Shown here piece after piece: positions 41,373 to 51,602 of a DNA stretch of 64,000 nt. The notes under the pieces are model-generated. The model searched no databases. It was given only the letters and a program-made list of their open reading frames with translations, and was not told the origin of the DNA. The stretch comes from a virus (lineage: Duplodnaviria; Caudoviricetes). How positions within the stretch are numbered: position 1 is the stretch's first letter; each line of letters begins with the position of its first letter. The stretch spans positions 172,672-236,671 of IMG/VR virus record IMGVR_UViG_3300031555_004710, one strand, 5' to 3'. The translations under genes and the position numbers were made by a program.

Positions 41373-42488
41373 GTGATAAAAATGGAATTAAAAGATCTTG
41401 TATTGAAAAATGTTCTATATTATATGCAAACATTTGTTATTACTGCAGGGGAGAAAACATTTGAAGTTCCTAGATCAATGATAGCAAATATAGATATTGC
41501 AAAAGAATATGATACAATGCTTTATCCGATGTGGTATGTTTGTGTAAATGTGCCAAATTGGTTTTATACAGAAATGACAAAAAATCCTAATAATATATCA
41601 GTGTCAATGAATCTACAGTATAGATTAGGTTCAACTAATGAAAAGTTAATATCTAGTACAGGTTCATTAACTACAGAAATATCTGGAAATTTCAAAGCAA
41701 TTATTCCATATACAACTCAAGTAGGAGATCATTCACTTCAGAAAAAAATTGAAAAAGATGATGGTTCCTATAATAATAACTATAGTTACAATGAGTACGC
41801 ATTCGTTGAACTATGTTTATACAATAGTGCAGCATATGCTGCATCATTCAATACATTGAATGCAGTAATATCATCATCAACTCTTACAGATGTGGTAACA
41901 TACTGCTTTAATAAGTGTGGGATAAATAATATCCTTATAAGTAAAGCGGATAATAATACAACTTATTCAGAATTTAAGATATTACCTCAAAGTGGGATGT
42001 TAAATATTCTTAGAATTGTCGAAAATTATAAATTCCATGATAGTGGCTCAACTTTATTCTTTGACTTAACTGAATCATATTTAGTTACAAATAAAATGGG
42101 ATGTCATGCTTGGAAAAATAACGAATATAAGACTACTCACATATTATCATTATCGGAATTTAGTGAAGCATTTGGTAGTGGTGACGGTATTAGCATTGAT
42201 AATAAATATAAATGTAATATAATTGTGGTAAATAAATATGCTTATAATTCTCAAGATATCGGTACATCTCCAGTTGTTAAGAATACAGGAGAGACAGAAT
42301 TATTTTCAGTTACAACTAAAAATGCTTTGATAAGTACGCTTACACCTAATAAAGAATTTATAGTAAATGTAGACTCACCAGATAATAGAAATTATAATGG
42401 TAAGTATAGATTAATGGCAATGTCAGTAAATATGGTTCCAAATGGAGAATTTTTAACTCCGACATTTACATTAACTTTAAGACGATAA
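41373..42488 (+). CDS. Putative baseplate hub-like structural protein
   Basis: 371 aa, beta-rich, LTPNKEF...YNGKYRL C-terminus; function inferred. Confidence 0.45.
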   Translation: MIKMELKDLVLKNVLYYMQTFVITAGEKTFEVPRSMIANIDIAKEYDTMLYPMWYVCVNVPNWFYTEMTKNPNNISVSMNLQYRLGSTNEKLISSTGSLTTEISGNFKAIIPYTTQVGDHSLQKKIEKDDGSYNNNYSYNEYAFVELCLYNSAAYAASFNTLNAVISSSTLTDVVTYCFNKCGINNILISKADNNTTYSEFKILPQSGMLNILRIVENYKFHDSGSTLFFDLTESYLVTNKMGCHAWKNNEYKTTHILSLSEFSEAFGSGDGISIDNKYKCNIIVVNKYAYNSQDIGTSPVVKNTGETELFSVTTKNALISTLTPNKEFIVNVDSPDNRNYNGKYRLMAMSVNMVPNGEFLTPTFTLTLRR

Positions 42489-42541
42489 AAATTAAATAGA
42501 TCATACTCAAATAGAGTATGATCTATTATATTATTTAAAAA

Positions 42542-43981
42542 TTAGCCTTCATAATCAGATGCTTCCGGAGGCATTTTTACGAAAAATTTATAACCAGATG
42601 AGAAACTCTTTTTAGCTAGAGTTGCTTGTCTAAGTTGCTCAAGAGAATCTTTCATTGCATCAATCTTACCAGACCATTTACGTACTAATGACTTATCTGG
42701 TGATATTGCTTCCTCAAAAGTATTAATTCTATCTAAAAGTTCATAAATCAAATCAAGTACAAAAATTCTATCGTGATGATTTGTAATCTTATCAACTTCT
42801 ACAGCAATAGCATCAACTTCATACTGTGAAGGCATCTCTGCTTTTATTTTCTTACGACGATTAAATACCGCTTCGAGAGCAATTGATTCTGAATTCATTA
42901 ATGATTGAAGTTGCTTATCAAATCTAGCAGATTCTAAAGCGTCTACAATTGGTTCATATTTCTTCATTACGTCAGGATCAGATAAAAGTTCTAAAGAATT
43001 TTCTACCACATATCCGGTATATCTTTCTCTCATCTTAAATCCTATTTTATCAAGCAGGATAATTGTGATTGCTTTTACATAATTAGATTTAGTTCTAATA
43101 GCTTTGTAATAAAGCTCATCTTTAAGTTTTTCTTTACGAAGCATTACATCAGAAATATTTTTATTGCACCACTGCATTGATGTATCGAGTTCTGCTTGCA
43201 TTTGATTAGTGTTAGAATTTATTGAACCGAAATGTCTAATTATCTTATTAAAAGCTTCAACTAAGTAATCACCATAACCAAGTTCAACAACTGATTTATC
43301 TGCAATAAGTTCAACGTTTACCTGATTTTTATCATTTACCCAGCGTCTCTGCATGCAAGCAAGTGATAAAGGAATCATGTAAATGTGATACATTAATTTC
43401 TGGGTTGCTCTATCAGAAATAGTCATTCTAACTTTAGCTTCACGATATGCTCTATAGAATCCTTCTATTGGGCTATCTGAATATATCACATGCCCAATTT
43501 CATGAAGGGTAAGAGCTACTAATTCTTTAGGAGTAAAGTTTATAGTATTTCTATTAAAGAGAACTCCATCTAATTCTAAAAACCAAGAATCAATAGTTCT
43601 CCATCTTTTTGATAACTCATTAAATTTAACAAGTTTATCAGATTCTTCATTAACAAGATCTTTACAGAATTCATCAAGTTCTTCAATTTTAGGGAACACT
43701 CTCATTCCAAAGAACTTTTCTGTCATTTTTTGGTTTGTAATCTGTACAGAAAAACTTTTATTTCTACCATCAAATGGCATTGCATTGAGGGCAGTTTCGA
43801 TATCTTTACATAATTGTGATTCAGATGTCGATTTCATTATATATCTACTATATGCATTTTCTAATGAAAGTAAAATTCTTTCAATCACAGATAAACACCT
43901 CTTTCTATAAAAAATATTTGTCATTATACATTTAAGGCAATGTTTTGAAACCCTATAATTTAAGATAAAAAATAAAAGCAA
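42542..43981 (-). CDS. Putative virion protein with zincin HExxH motif
   Basis: ELVALTLHEIGH...E..AD; SLE/ALES/ALEA sites; late motif 43933-43944, so the true start is likely GTG near 43888. Confidence 0.6.
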   Translation of the reverse strand: MLLFFILNYRVSKHCLKCIMTNIFYRKRCLSVIERILLSLENAYSRYIMKSTSESQLCKDIETALNAMPFDGRNKSFSVQITNQKMTEKFFGMRVFPKIEELDEFCKDLVNEESDKLVKFNELSKRWRTIDSWFLELDGVLFNRNTINFTPKELVALTLHEIGHVIYSDSPIEGFYRAYREAKVRMTISDRATQKLMYHIYMIPLSLACMQRRWVNDKNQVNVELIADKSVVELGYGDYLVEAFNKIIRHFGSINSNTNQMQAELDTSMQWCNKNISDVMLRKEKLKDELYYKAIRTKSNYVKAITIILLDKIGFKMRERYTGYVVENSLELLSDPDVMKKYEPIVDALESARFDKQLQSLMNSESIALEAVFNRRKKIKAEMPSQYEVDAIAVEVDKITNHHDRIFVLDLIYELLDRINTFEEAISPDKSLVRKWSGKIDAMKDSLEQLRQATLAKKSFSSGYKFFVKMPPEASDYEG

Positions 43982-44006
43982 GTCAATGACTTGCTTTTAA
44001 TGCGTA

Positions 44007-44246
44007 TTAATTTAAATTACGGATTTTAGAGAAATCCACTTGAACTGAATGGATTAACTCTTTTCCGCAACTTAGACAATTTACTTTTTCATAATAAAAG
44101 TCGACTGTTGGATTTTCTTCTATCGACTTTTTTAAATCTTTCTGATTATAGGAAAATCTAACACCACAGTCACATGTTCGTAAGAATATAATTTCATTAT
44201 TAATATTTTTAAGTTCTGTAACTTTTTCATGTAGCATATAAATCAC
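44007..44246 (-). CDS. Small zinc-ribbon protein
   Basis: CDCG...CLSCG. Confidence 0.6.
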   Translation of the reverse strand: MIYMLHEKVTELKNINNEIIFLRTCDCGVRFSYNQKDLKKSIEENPTVDFYYEKVNCLSCGKELIHSVQVDFSKIRNLN

Positions 44247-44260
44247 CTCATCAATTTAAA

Positions 44261-44593
44261 TTATTGTCCATTTTTATATTCATCGGTTATTACAAATGCA
44301 TCACCATTTCCAACATTGATTTTCTCTATCTTCGTTGTACGAGCATAATCTTCACTAGTCTTACATAACATATTGCTGACTATATATGGGACATAATCAA
44401 TATCACTAGCAAATGCTATGACAATTTTATCTTCTTTAACTGCACCATTATCAAATTCTACATGACATTTATAGATATCTAAATTAGGAACCTGCTTTAT
44501 TCTAGGTAAAGAATCTATATCTGTTACATGTAGATGTGCTACTCCATGCTCACCAAATAAATCATATACATCTTTAGTATTTAAATAAGCCAT
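44261..44593 (-). CDS. Small hypothetical protein
   Basis: GGAGG RBS. Confidence 0.65.
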   Translation of the reverse strand: MAYLNTKDVYDLFGEHGVAHLHVTDIDSLPRIKQVPNLDIYKCHVEFDNGAVKEDKIVIAFASDIDYVPYIVSNMLCKTSEDYARTTKIEKINVGNGDAFVITDEYKNGQ

Positions 44594-44610
44594 AATAAAT
44601 TATACCTCCA

Positions 44611-44940
44611 CTATCTATGAGTTATGACATGTGTAATATCGTTTGCTATATTTTTAATACATGATAACCATCTAGGAGCATTTGTAATAGATGAACCTCC
44701 ACGAGATATTTTAGCAATCTCTGGGGCATGATTTACAAATACTTTCTCAACTTCAAAACTTAATGATTCAGGTATATTTATAACGATATCGTTATTTATA
44801 GGATTAACAAATCCTTTTACTCCACCAGTTGGTTCTTTAGAAAATACCTCGTTAAATGCTTTATTTACTTTCGGGTTTTTCATTGCCTGTAGAAACTTAC
44901 GAAGTTCCTGAAATTCTCTGTTGCTCATTTGAATAGTCAT
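44611..44940 (-). CDS. Small hypothetical protein
   Basis: AGGAGG RBS. Confidence 0.65.
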   Translation of the reverse strand: MTIQMSNREFQELRKFLQAMKNPKVNKAFNEVFSKEPTGGVKGFVNPINNDIVINIPESLSFEVEKVFVNHAPEIAKISRGGSSITNAPRWLSCIKNIANDITHVITHR

Positions 44941-45030
44941 AATACTATTTAGCCTCCTATTTTTATTAATATTTTAACACAAAGTTAATTCAAATCATAA
45001 AATTTAATCATTTGAAAGGTGGTAATTTAA

Positions 45031-45630
45031 ATGCCTAAGAAAATTGAAGAAAGATTAAATATTCTTTCACCTTATAGAGGATTTATTGCTCCTATTAATA
45101 TGATGGGACCTATTGTACATCCTCTTCCAGTTGATAAATCGAAAGTTGCTAAAATTATTGCAAGTGGTGCTAAGGTTTATGAATTTATACCTAAGACAAA
45201 AGAAACCATTGAGCTAACTCTTTCGAATTTAAATAATCCTGATAGATATAATTCAGTTAAAGCTCAGGAAGAAGTAAAGGCAGAAACTAAACCTGAACCA
45301 ATTCCTGTTGAACCTGTTACAAAAGTTGGAGTTCCTAAAATAGAGACTCCCGTTGAAGTAATTGAAGAAGCTGCAGAAGAAGAAACTCCTGTAGAAGAAA
45401 TTGTTACAGAAGAAGTAATTGAAGAAGCTCCTACAGAAGAAACAGTTGAGGAATCAATCGTAGAAGAAGAAACTGCTGAAAAAGATAACGAACTTATCAC
45501 ATTCCAATATAATGAAGATGGAACTGTAGATGAATCAGTTATCGATTGGAGCAAATATACTAAAAACGAAAGAAAATCTATTCGTACTCTTATAAATGAG
45601 CATAACTCATCTATACCAGTAAATGAATAA
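45031..45630 (+). CDS. Glu/Pro-rich hypothetical protein (putative late)
   Basis: AACA-N6-TA at 44976-44987; low-complexity acidic linker. Confidence 0.7.
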   Translation: MPKKIEERLNILSPYRGFIAPINMMGPIVHPLPVDKSKVAKIIASGAKVYEFIPKTKETIELTLSNLNNPDRYNSVKAQEEVKAETKPEPIPVEPVTKVGVPKIETPVEVIEEAAEEETPVEEIVTEEVIEEAPTEETVEESIVEEETAEKDNELITFQYNEDGTVDESVIDWSKYTKNERKSIRTLINEHNSSIPVNE

Positions 45631-45667
45631 TTTTAATAGAAGATAGGAAATTCCTATCTTCTATTTT

Positions 45668-46735
45668 TTATAACTTGAGTTGATATACATATTCGTTTAT
45701 CTTTTCTTTAGATACACCAAAATCTTTTTCATTAGCATATACATTACGATGTATATATACTTTATCAATCCATGTTTGATAGAACGGTTTTCGTAATAAT
45801 GATAAATGGTCTTTATCCGTTTTATCATTATCAGAATATACATGTAGATTAATGTCAGTAGTAACCCCCGTATATATTAAATATTTTAATATGGTACTAA
45901 AACTGTAACCACAGCTAGCGAAAAATAAGGAGTTCTGAGAAGTTTCTGGCTTTAAATTTAAATAAACGCTCAATATATCAAATGTTCCTTCTGCAATATG
46001 AATATTAATTGGTTCTGTATATAATAAATCAAATGTACTCATGAGAGAATAAAATGTATTTGGGCTTCTATTCAAGATATCCAGAGTAACTTTATAATAT
46101 CTACCTAGAAATCCAGAGCTATCTATACTCACATCTCTAAATACAATTTTATTATTATTCGCAGATACAAATCCCAAATATTTTTCATCTAAAGTTTTTA
46201 CAATTGTTGATTTTAAGCATCCACCCATTACATCTGGTACATCTACTGGGATTTTATTTGCATCTATAAATTCCCAGAAGCTTAAAACGATTTTATATTT
46301 TGCACAATCTGAAAATGTTAAATTTGTACCAAGTCGAGTATTTAGATAATTTAATTTACGATAATTTGTACTACTATCACTAGGTACTGGAACTATAAAA
46401 TTCTTTACTTTATCTTTAAAATATGAAGTATTTGAACTCATCCTACTTAGCAACTCAAGTTGCTTATTTAATGATTGATCATATCCCAATTGTAAATCTT
46501 CTAAAACTTGAGGAATTAATATTCCCGACTCATTACATTTTAGACATCTATACAGCATTGGTGCATCTGAATTCAGATCTACCAATATTGAAAAATGTCC
46601 ATGATTGGATTTAACACTGTCGCCACAATACGGACAACGAACTACCCATTGTCTCATATTTGAACTTGGTTTGCAAACTGGTAAAGTTTTTAATTGATTT
46701 ATTACTTGCTCTTTTATTTCTATACCAGGTTTCAC
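45668..46735 (-). CDS. DNA primase (DnaG-like, Zn finger plus TOPRIM)
   Basis: RCPYCGDS..H..CLKC; IAEGTFD and YSDND TOPRIM motifs; early promoter 46767-46781 (minus). Confidence 0.85.
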   Translation of the reverse strand: MKPGIEIKEQVINQLKTLPVCKPSSNMRQWVVRCPYCGDSVKSNHGHFSILVDLNSDAPMLYRCLKCNESGILIPQVLEDLQLGYDQSLNKQLELLSRMSSNTSYFKDKVKNFIVPVPSDSSTNYRKLNYLNTRLGTNLTFSDCAKYKIVLSFWEFIDANKIPVDVPDVMGGCLKSTIVKTLDEKYLGFVSANNNKIVFRDVSIDSSGFLGRYYKVTLDILNRSPNTFYSLMSTFDLLYTEPINIHIAEGTFDILSVYLNLKPETSQNSLFFASCGYSFSTILKYLIYTGVTTDINLHVYSDNDKTDKDHLSLLRKPFYQTWIDKVYIHRNVYANEKDFGVSKEKINEYVYQLKL

Positions 46736-46862
46736 AATTAACCACCACCATTTCTATTAACTATTTCAAATAAATAATACATGATTAAAGTTCATTTATA
46801 TTTAAATTTTCTATGAGCCACGAAAAATTGATAAACGAATTTTAATGATATATTATTTGAGT

Positions 46863-47691
46863 GAGTAGTAGAATAAATATATTGGTTTTTAATAAGTTTT
46901 ACATATATAGGCGTCGTGTATCTATTACTCCATGTTGATGAAAACTTTAGACGAGGATGGCATGCTCGTTGACTATGATGGTGATAGGGAAAGTCACATA
47001 GTTGCACTATAAATATAATGGCCGCATGTGGCGTGGATCAAACGTGGAGGGTCCGTCGTTATATTTATATAGTGAGCTCGGTTCTATCGTGGACTATCAC
47101 GTAGGACAGCATATTGATAGATAGGCTAGGTCGGTCATGTAATGTAGCTCAGTTTACTATATAGTCATAGAATAGACCTGAAAGTCTGAGCGGGCGAATA
47201 TTGAGTGGATAATCTATAATTATCGATGAGGCGAAATATCCCATGACAAAGGATGAGGTGTGGTCAAGGCAGAGAATAACTCTAGGCCTTGGTGTAATTG
47301 AAATTATAGTTATTCACTCGATTAGTAGCTTTAATTACCTTATGATACTTTTATAATACTTATTGCCACATTTGAGTATTATTTAAGTTATAAATAGATA
47401 CCTGAAGTTGCCTAAAGTCTGAAATAAACATTTCAGAAGACAAAGCACGCCAAGCTAAGCGAGTATCGGACTTAGTGGGTTACCGAGTTTCCTGATTGGA
47501 TAGTATACTAAATGACCCTGTTGTACGAAATGGTATCCATCAACTATATTAAAAAATAAATTTATTTAAATATTATGTACTTATAGTTGATGAAAATACT
47601 CGGCGCCATAATAGTGATATTATGGGAAAGTGACTTCTGAGGGGAGGTCACTATATATAAAAACTGTATATAATTTACTTCTTCCCACCTC
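46863..47691 (+). ncRNA. Putative giant structured ncRNA (~830 nt)
   Basis: Early promoter 46849-46863; no credible ORF over 1 kb; visibly GC-richer than flanks; terminal pairing and more than 12 helices readable by eye. Confidence 0.8.
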
Positions 47692-47820
47692 ACTTTTATA
47701 TATCGATACTATATAAAAGTATTATACGTTATGATTTCCTTCTTCCTGGAATTTTATCCCTATTCCAGTGTTTAATCATAATGTATTATTAAATGGTAAA
47801 TTATATACAATATAGTTTTA

Positions 47821-47851
47821 GAGAAAGTATAAAGGGTGCTTTCTCTTTTTT
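47821..47851 (+). terminator. Intrinsic terminator downstream of the large ncRNA
   Basis: GAGAAAGTAT-AAAGG-GTGCTTTCTC followed by a T-run. Confidence 0.7.
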
Positions 47852-47899
47852 ATAAAAAATGTATAGAGAATGAGTATATACTCATTCTCTATATTAATC

Positions 47900-48415
47900 T
47901 TACTTATCGCTAGCTTCTGCTTTAGCTATCTGAGCATCTATTTTACTGGTGATATCTTTACCAGCTTTAGAGTTCATGTTAGCAGCTTTATTTCTAGCAT
48001 TTTTGATAATCTTCTTAGCTTCAATCTTAGCTTTTGCTCCGTATTTAACATATATCTTTTCACGAGTTTCAATAAGAAGATCTCTGTATTTTCTGTATTT
48101 ACTATACATTGCATCATTATTTATCATTGCCATTCTAATAGCAGTACGCTTTGCAATACGATTAAAGTTAGCCACTTTCCAATCTTTTATAACGATTCTT
48201 TTAGCAGCTTCTGTAGCCATGTCTGCATCAGAGATTACATCATACAATGCTAATTCTGTACCAGCAGATTCAAGAACTTCAGAAAATTCTTCATCTGTAG
48301 CGCATTCATTACGAATAGCAGATAAAACTATCTCAGATTCAATAGCAGCATTACCAATAACTGTAACGTCCTCAGCTGTAGGCATCTGCTGAAGTTCATT
48401 CATGATTCCTGACAT
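47900..48415 (-). CDS. Putative head protein with propeptide
   Basis: AIES, VLES, ATEA sites; late motif 48473-48484. Confidence 0.6.
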   Translation of the reverse strand: MSGIMNELQQMPTAEDVTVIGNAAIESEIVLSAIRNECATDEEFSEVLESAGTELALYDVISDADMATEAAKRIVIKDWKVANFNRIAKRTAIRMAMINNDAMYSKYRKYRDLLIETREKIYVKYGAKAKIEAKKIIKNARNKAANMNSKAGKDITSKIDAQIAKAEASDK

Positions 48416-48523
48416 AATGAATAACCTCCCAATTAAAAATAATAAAATAATAAATTAATTTTCATAAACTATTAGTCGGTTGTTTTATAAAAATTAAATT
48501 ATTCGTAAAAAATACAAAATTAA

Positions 48524-49375
48524 ATGATATATTATTTTTATGACGATAATAAAATAATTGATCGTTATACAAAATTATATTATTATGGAGGACTTAAAAT
48601 TATGGAACCTTTCACTATTTATGTAAACTCGAAGGAGATTAATGACATGCAAGAACAGAGCTCATATAGTTTAGCTAGAACAAAAGCTAGACTTAGAAAA
48701 ACTAGAAAAAGATTAAAATTAACTAAGTTTGTAACATTTATTATTTCAGTATTATTTATAGCTAGTTTAATATATAATGTAAATATAATAAATGCTAAAA
48801 ATGAAAAAATAGAAACTCTTTCTGAGCATTGTCAAACTCTTGAAAAAAACTTACAAACATTATTAGATGAATCTATTGAAGACGAGACAACCACAAAAGA
48901 TATAGATTCATTACCTTCAAAATTTGCAGCAATTCCTTTAAGTGATGATTTAAAGAATTACATCTACACATCGGCAATCGAAGCAAATATTCCAGCAGAA
49001 ATTATGTTTAGTATGGCTTGGAAAGAAAGTACATTTAATCCAAATGCAAAATCTGAAACAAATGACCATGGATTATTCCAAATCAACGAATGTAACTTTG
49101 AAAGATTAGCGACGGAGTTTGGTTATACATATAAAGAAATGTGTAAAAAAATCTATGATCCATATGTGAATACCGACTGTTCAATTTACATTATTAAAGA
49201 GTACCGCGATAATTATCATAATGATAATTGGCATCATGTATTAATGAGATATAACATGGGACCTAATAAGGCTAACGCACTATTCAAATCAGGTGTATAT
49301 TCATCTAATTATAGTAGAGCTATAGTTTCATATGCACAAAATAACTTCAATATTTCTGATATTGACGTTAACTAA
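48524..49375 (+). CDS. Membrane-anchored lytic transglycosylase (SLT domain)
   Basis: TM segment; KESTFNPNA, GLFQIN and YNMG motifs; real start downstream of the early promoter 48528-48542. Confidence 0.85.
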   Translation: MIYYFYDDNKIIDRYTKLYYYGGLKIMEPFTIYVNSKEINDMQEQSSYSLARTKARLRKTRKRLKLTKFVTFIISVLFIASLIYNVNIINAKNEKIETLSEHCQTLEKNLQTLLDESIEDETTTKDIDSLPSKFAAIPLSDDLKNYIYTSAIEANIPAEIMFSMAWKESTFNPNAKSETNDHGLFQINECNFERLATEFGYTYKEMCKKIYDPYVNTDCSIYIIKEYRDNYHNDNWHHVLMRYNMGPNKANALFKSGVYSSNYSRAIVSYAQNNFNISDIDVN

Positions 49376-49493
49376 AAAATAGCAAAAGACTTTAGGAAAA
49401 TTTAAAGATAATTTATTATCTCATATTTCCTAAAGTCTTTTCTTTTTTTGTATTCTACACTGAATTAATATATTATTTATATGAGGTGATATA

Positions 49494-51560
49494 ATGAGTA
49501 ATACAGAATTTTCATATTTAAAAGATTGGAAAGAGAAAATGACTCATATTGTAAGATTGCAATATGATGAGAATCAAATCTCTGATAAGAAATTAAATAA
49601 GTTTCTGGATAAAAAGATTGAGGAAGAACTAACGAATCATAAAGTTCTATTAGTAAATAATTATACTAATAAAGTGTCTAGAATGACAATATTAGATATG
49701 ATTGATTTAATTCGTAATAATCGTCTTATATGTGCTGGTGGAGGGTGTTTATTCTTACCACATAATACAAAACGAAATATTCTTATTGAATTTATTATGT
49801 ATATTATGCAAGGGCGTAAAGATGCGAAAAATGAACGTAAGAATTATGATAAGGGAACTGATGAGTGGGATGAAGCTGATAGAAAACAGTTGGCTTTTAA
49901 ATTAATAATAAACTCCCTATACGGTTGCATGGGATATCCTGGATTCATTATGTTTAATATATTCCTTGCAGAAGCAATTACTAATCAAGGAAGACATATT
50001 ATTACAAGTGCTATTAATGCAATTGAAAACTTTCTTGGAGATTCGATGTGGTTTGAAAATGAGTCTGAAGTATTTCATGTAATATCAAATATTGATAAAG
50101 AATTTTATGCTAAGACAAAAGGTCATCTTAGTAAAGAAGCTTTAGATAGATTTGACATTGATTTTGATAGACTTCCACAAATGGTTACTGAAAGATTTAT
50201 AAAACATTGCATATTCCAATATAGCCCAGAGTTTCCTAAAACACTATATGGAATATTTAGTAAAATGAGTACAGATGAGTTGCTACTCATGTACTATAAA
50301 AATAATATGATGGAGTTTAGTAGACTTCCATTTATGAAAGATAAAATCAAAGCATTAATATTAGCAAATGGAAAATTAATATTCTGTGAGGATTATAATT
50401 ATGCTAATGACACATGTTTAGAAATGTTAAATGATATTTGGAGTTTCTATGAATTCTTTGTATTGTATGATTATCCAATATTTGATAGAATTCAAAAAGC
50501 AATGTATCTTGATAAAAATAGAAGCTTATATACAGATACAGACTCAGTATTCGTATCATTAAATGAAGTGGTTAAATTCATAGAAAACGAAGTATTCTCT
50601 TCGCCAGAAGAAGCTGGAATGGGTGCACAGGATTTAACATTTACTGCAGCAAACTTCACATTATCTATAGCAAATAGAATGATTGATAGAGCATTAAAGA
50701 CTCTATGTAAATCTCTAAATATTACTCCGGAATATGCGAAGCTTCTTAATATGAAAAATGAATTCTTCTTCCAGAGAATAATGTTCCAAGATGTAAAGAA
50801 ACGTTATATATCATTAGCACTACTTCAGGAAGGGCAGGTACTTGGTGATGGTAAAGGTTTACCAGAAATTAAAGGATTTGATTTTAAGAAAGCTGGAACT
50901 AAACCATTCGTAAATAAATATTATACTGATTTATGTCTTGAAGAAATTTTATATCCTGAGGAAATTAAACCTCAAAGAATATTTAAAAGAGTTCTTGATT
51001 TAAAGAGACTTATGGAAGATACTATTAAAGATGGAAACATGGAATTCTTTAAGCAGGCAAATGTAAAGAGACCAGAATATTATAAGAATCCTTATAGTAC
51101 TCAGGGAGTGTGTGCAATTATGCTATGGAATACATTATGTCCTGATAAGGCATTAGAATTTCCAACTGATGTTAACATAGTTCCTATTAAAGAGTTAACT
51201 TATCCAAAACCACCAAAGAATAGTCCTAATAGTCCGGTTAATAGAATGGTAAATAAAATGCCAACTGACTATAAAAATATTGCTTGGTATGAAGAAAAGC
51301 ATCCTGAGGCTTATCGAAGATTATTTAAATCATTTTATTCAAGTGATAATGCCTTAATTAGACATATGAATCTATCATCAATAGCAATACCTAAAAATTT
51401 GGATTATCAATTACCAGAATATATAACTGATTTACTTGATATTGATTCTGTTATAAATGACACTATAGGATTGATATTACCGATAATGAAGTGTGTTGGC
51501 ATTAATTCTTTCCAAGTTACATCAACTAAGGAATATATGAGTAACATGATTAATTTATAA
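49494..51560 (+). CDS. Family-B DNA polymerase, C-terminal part (motifs B and C)
   Basis: KQLAFKLIINSLYG, YTDTDS, KKRY and IKG motifs. Confidence 0.9.
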   Translation: MSNTEFSYLKDWKEKMTHIVRLQYDENQISDKKLNKFLDKKIEEELTNHKVLLVNNYTNKVSRMTILDMIDLIRNNRLICAGGGCLFLPHNTKRNILIEFIMYIMQGRKDAKNERKNYDKGTDEWDEADRKQLAFKLIINSLYGCMGYPGFIMFNIFLAEAITNQGRHIITSAINAIENFLGDSMWFENESEVFHVISNIDKEFYAKTKGHLSKEALDRFDIDFDRLPQMVTERFIKHCIFQYSPEFPKTLYGIFSKMSTDELLLMYYKNNMMEFSRLPFMKDKIKALILANGKLIFCEDYNYANDTCLEMLNDIWSFYEFFVLYDYPIFDRIQKAMYLDKNRSLYTDTDSVFVSLNEVVKFIENEVFSSPEEAGMGAQDLTFTAANFTLSIANRMIDRALKTLCKSLNITPEYAKLLNMKNEFFFQRIMFQDVKKRYISLALLQEGQVLGDGKGLPEIKGFDFKKAGTKPFVNKYYTDLCLEEILYPEEIKPQRIFKRVLDLKRLMEDTIKDGNMEFFKQANVKRPEYYKNPYSTQGVCAIMLWNTLCPDKALEFPTDVNIVPIKELTYPKPPKNSPNSPVNRMVNKMPTDYKNIAWYEEKHPEAYRRLFKSFYSSDNALIRHMNLSSIAIPKNLDYQLPEYITDLLDIDSVINDTIGLILPIMKCVGINSFQVTSTKEYMSNMINL

Positions 51561-51602
51561 AAAAGAAGAAAGGTTAATAAACCTTTCTTCTTAAAAAATG
51601 AG

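Noticed and set aside
46792-47007. 71-aa minus-strand ORF
   Set aside because: No RBS, atypical composition, antisense to the structured RNA and its promoter
46863-47691. Group II or group I intron interpretation of the large RNA
   Set aside because: The multi-spoke shape is suggestive, but there is no GUGYG start, no domain V AGC/CGC triad hairpin, no P7 R/S pair and no interrupted flanking gene
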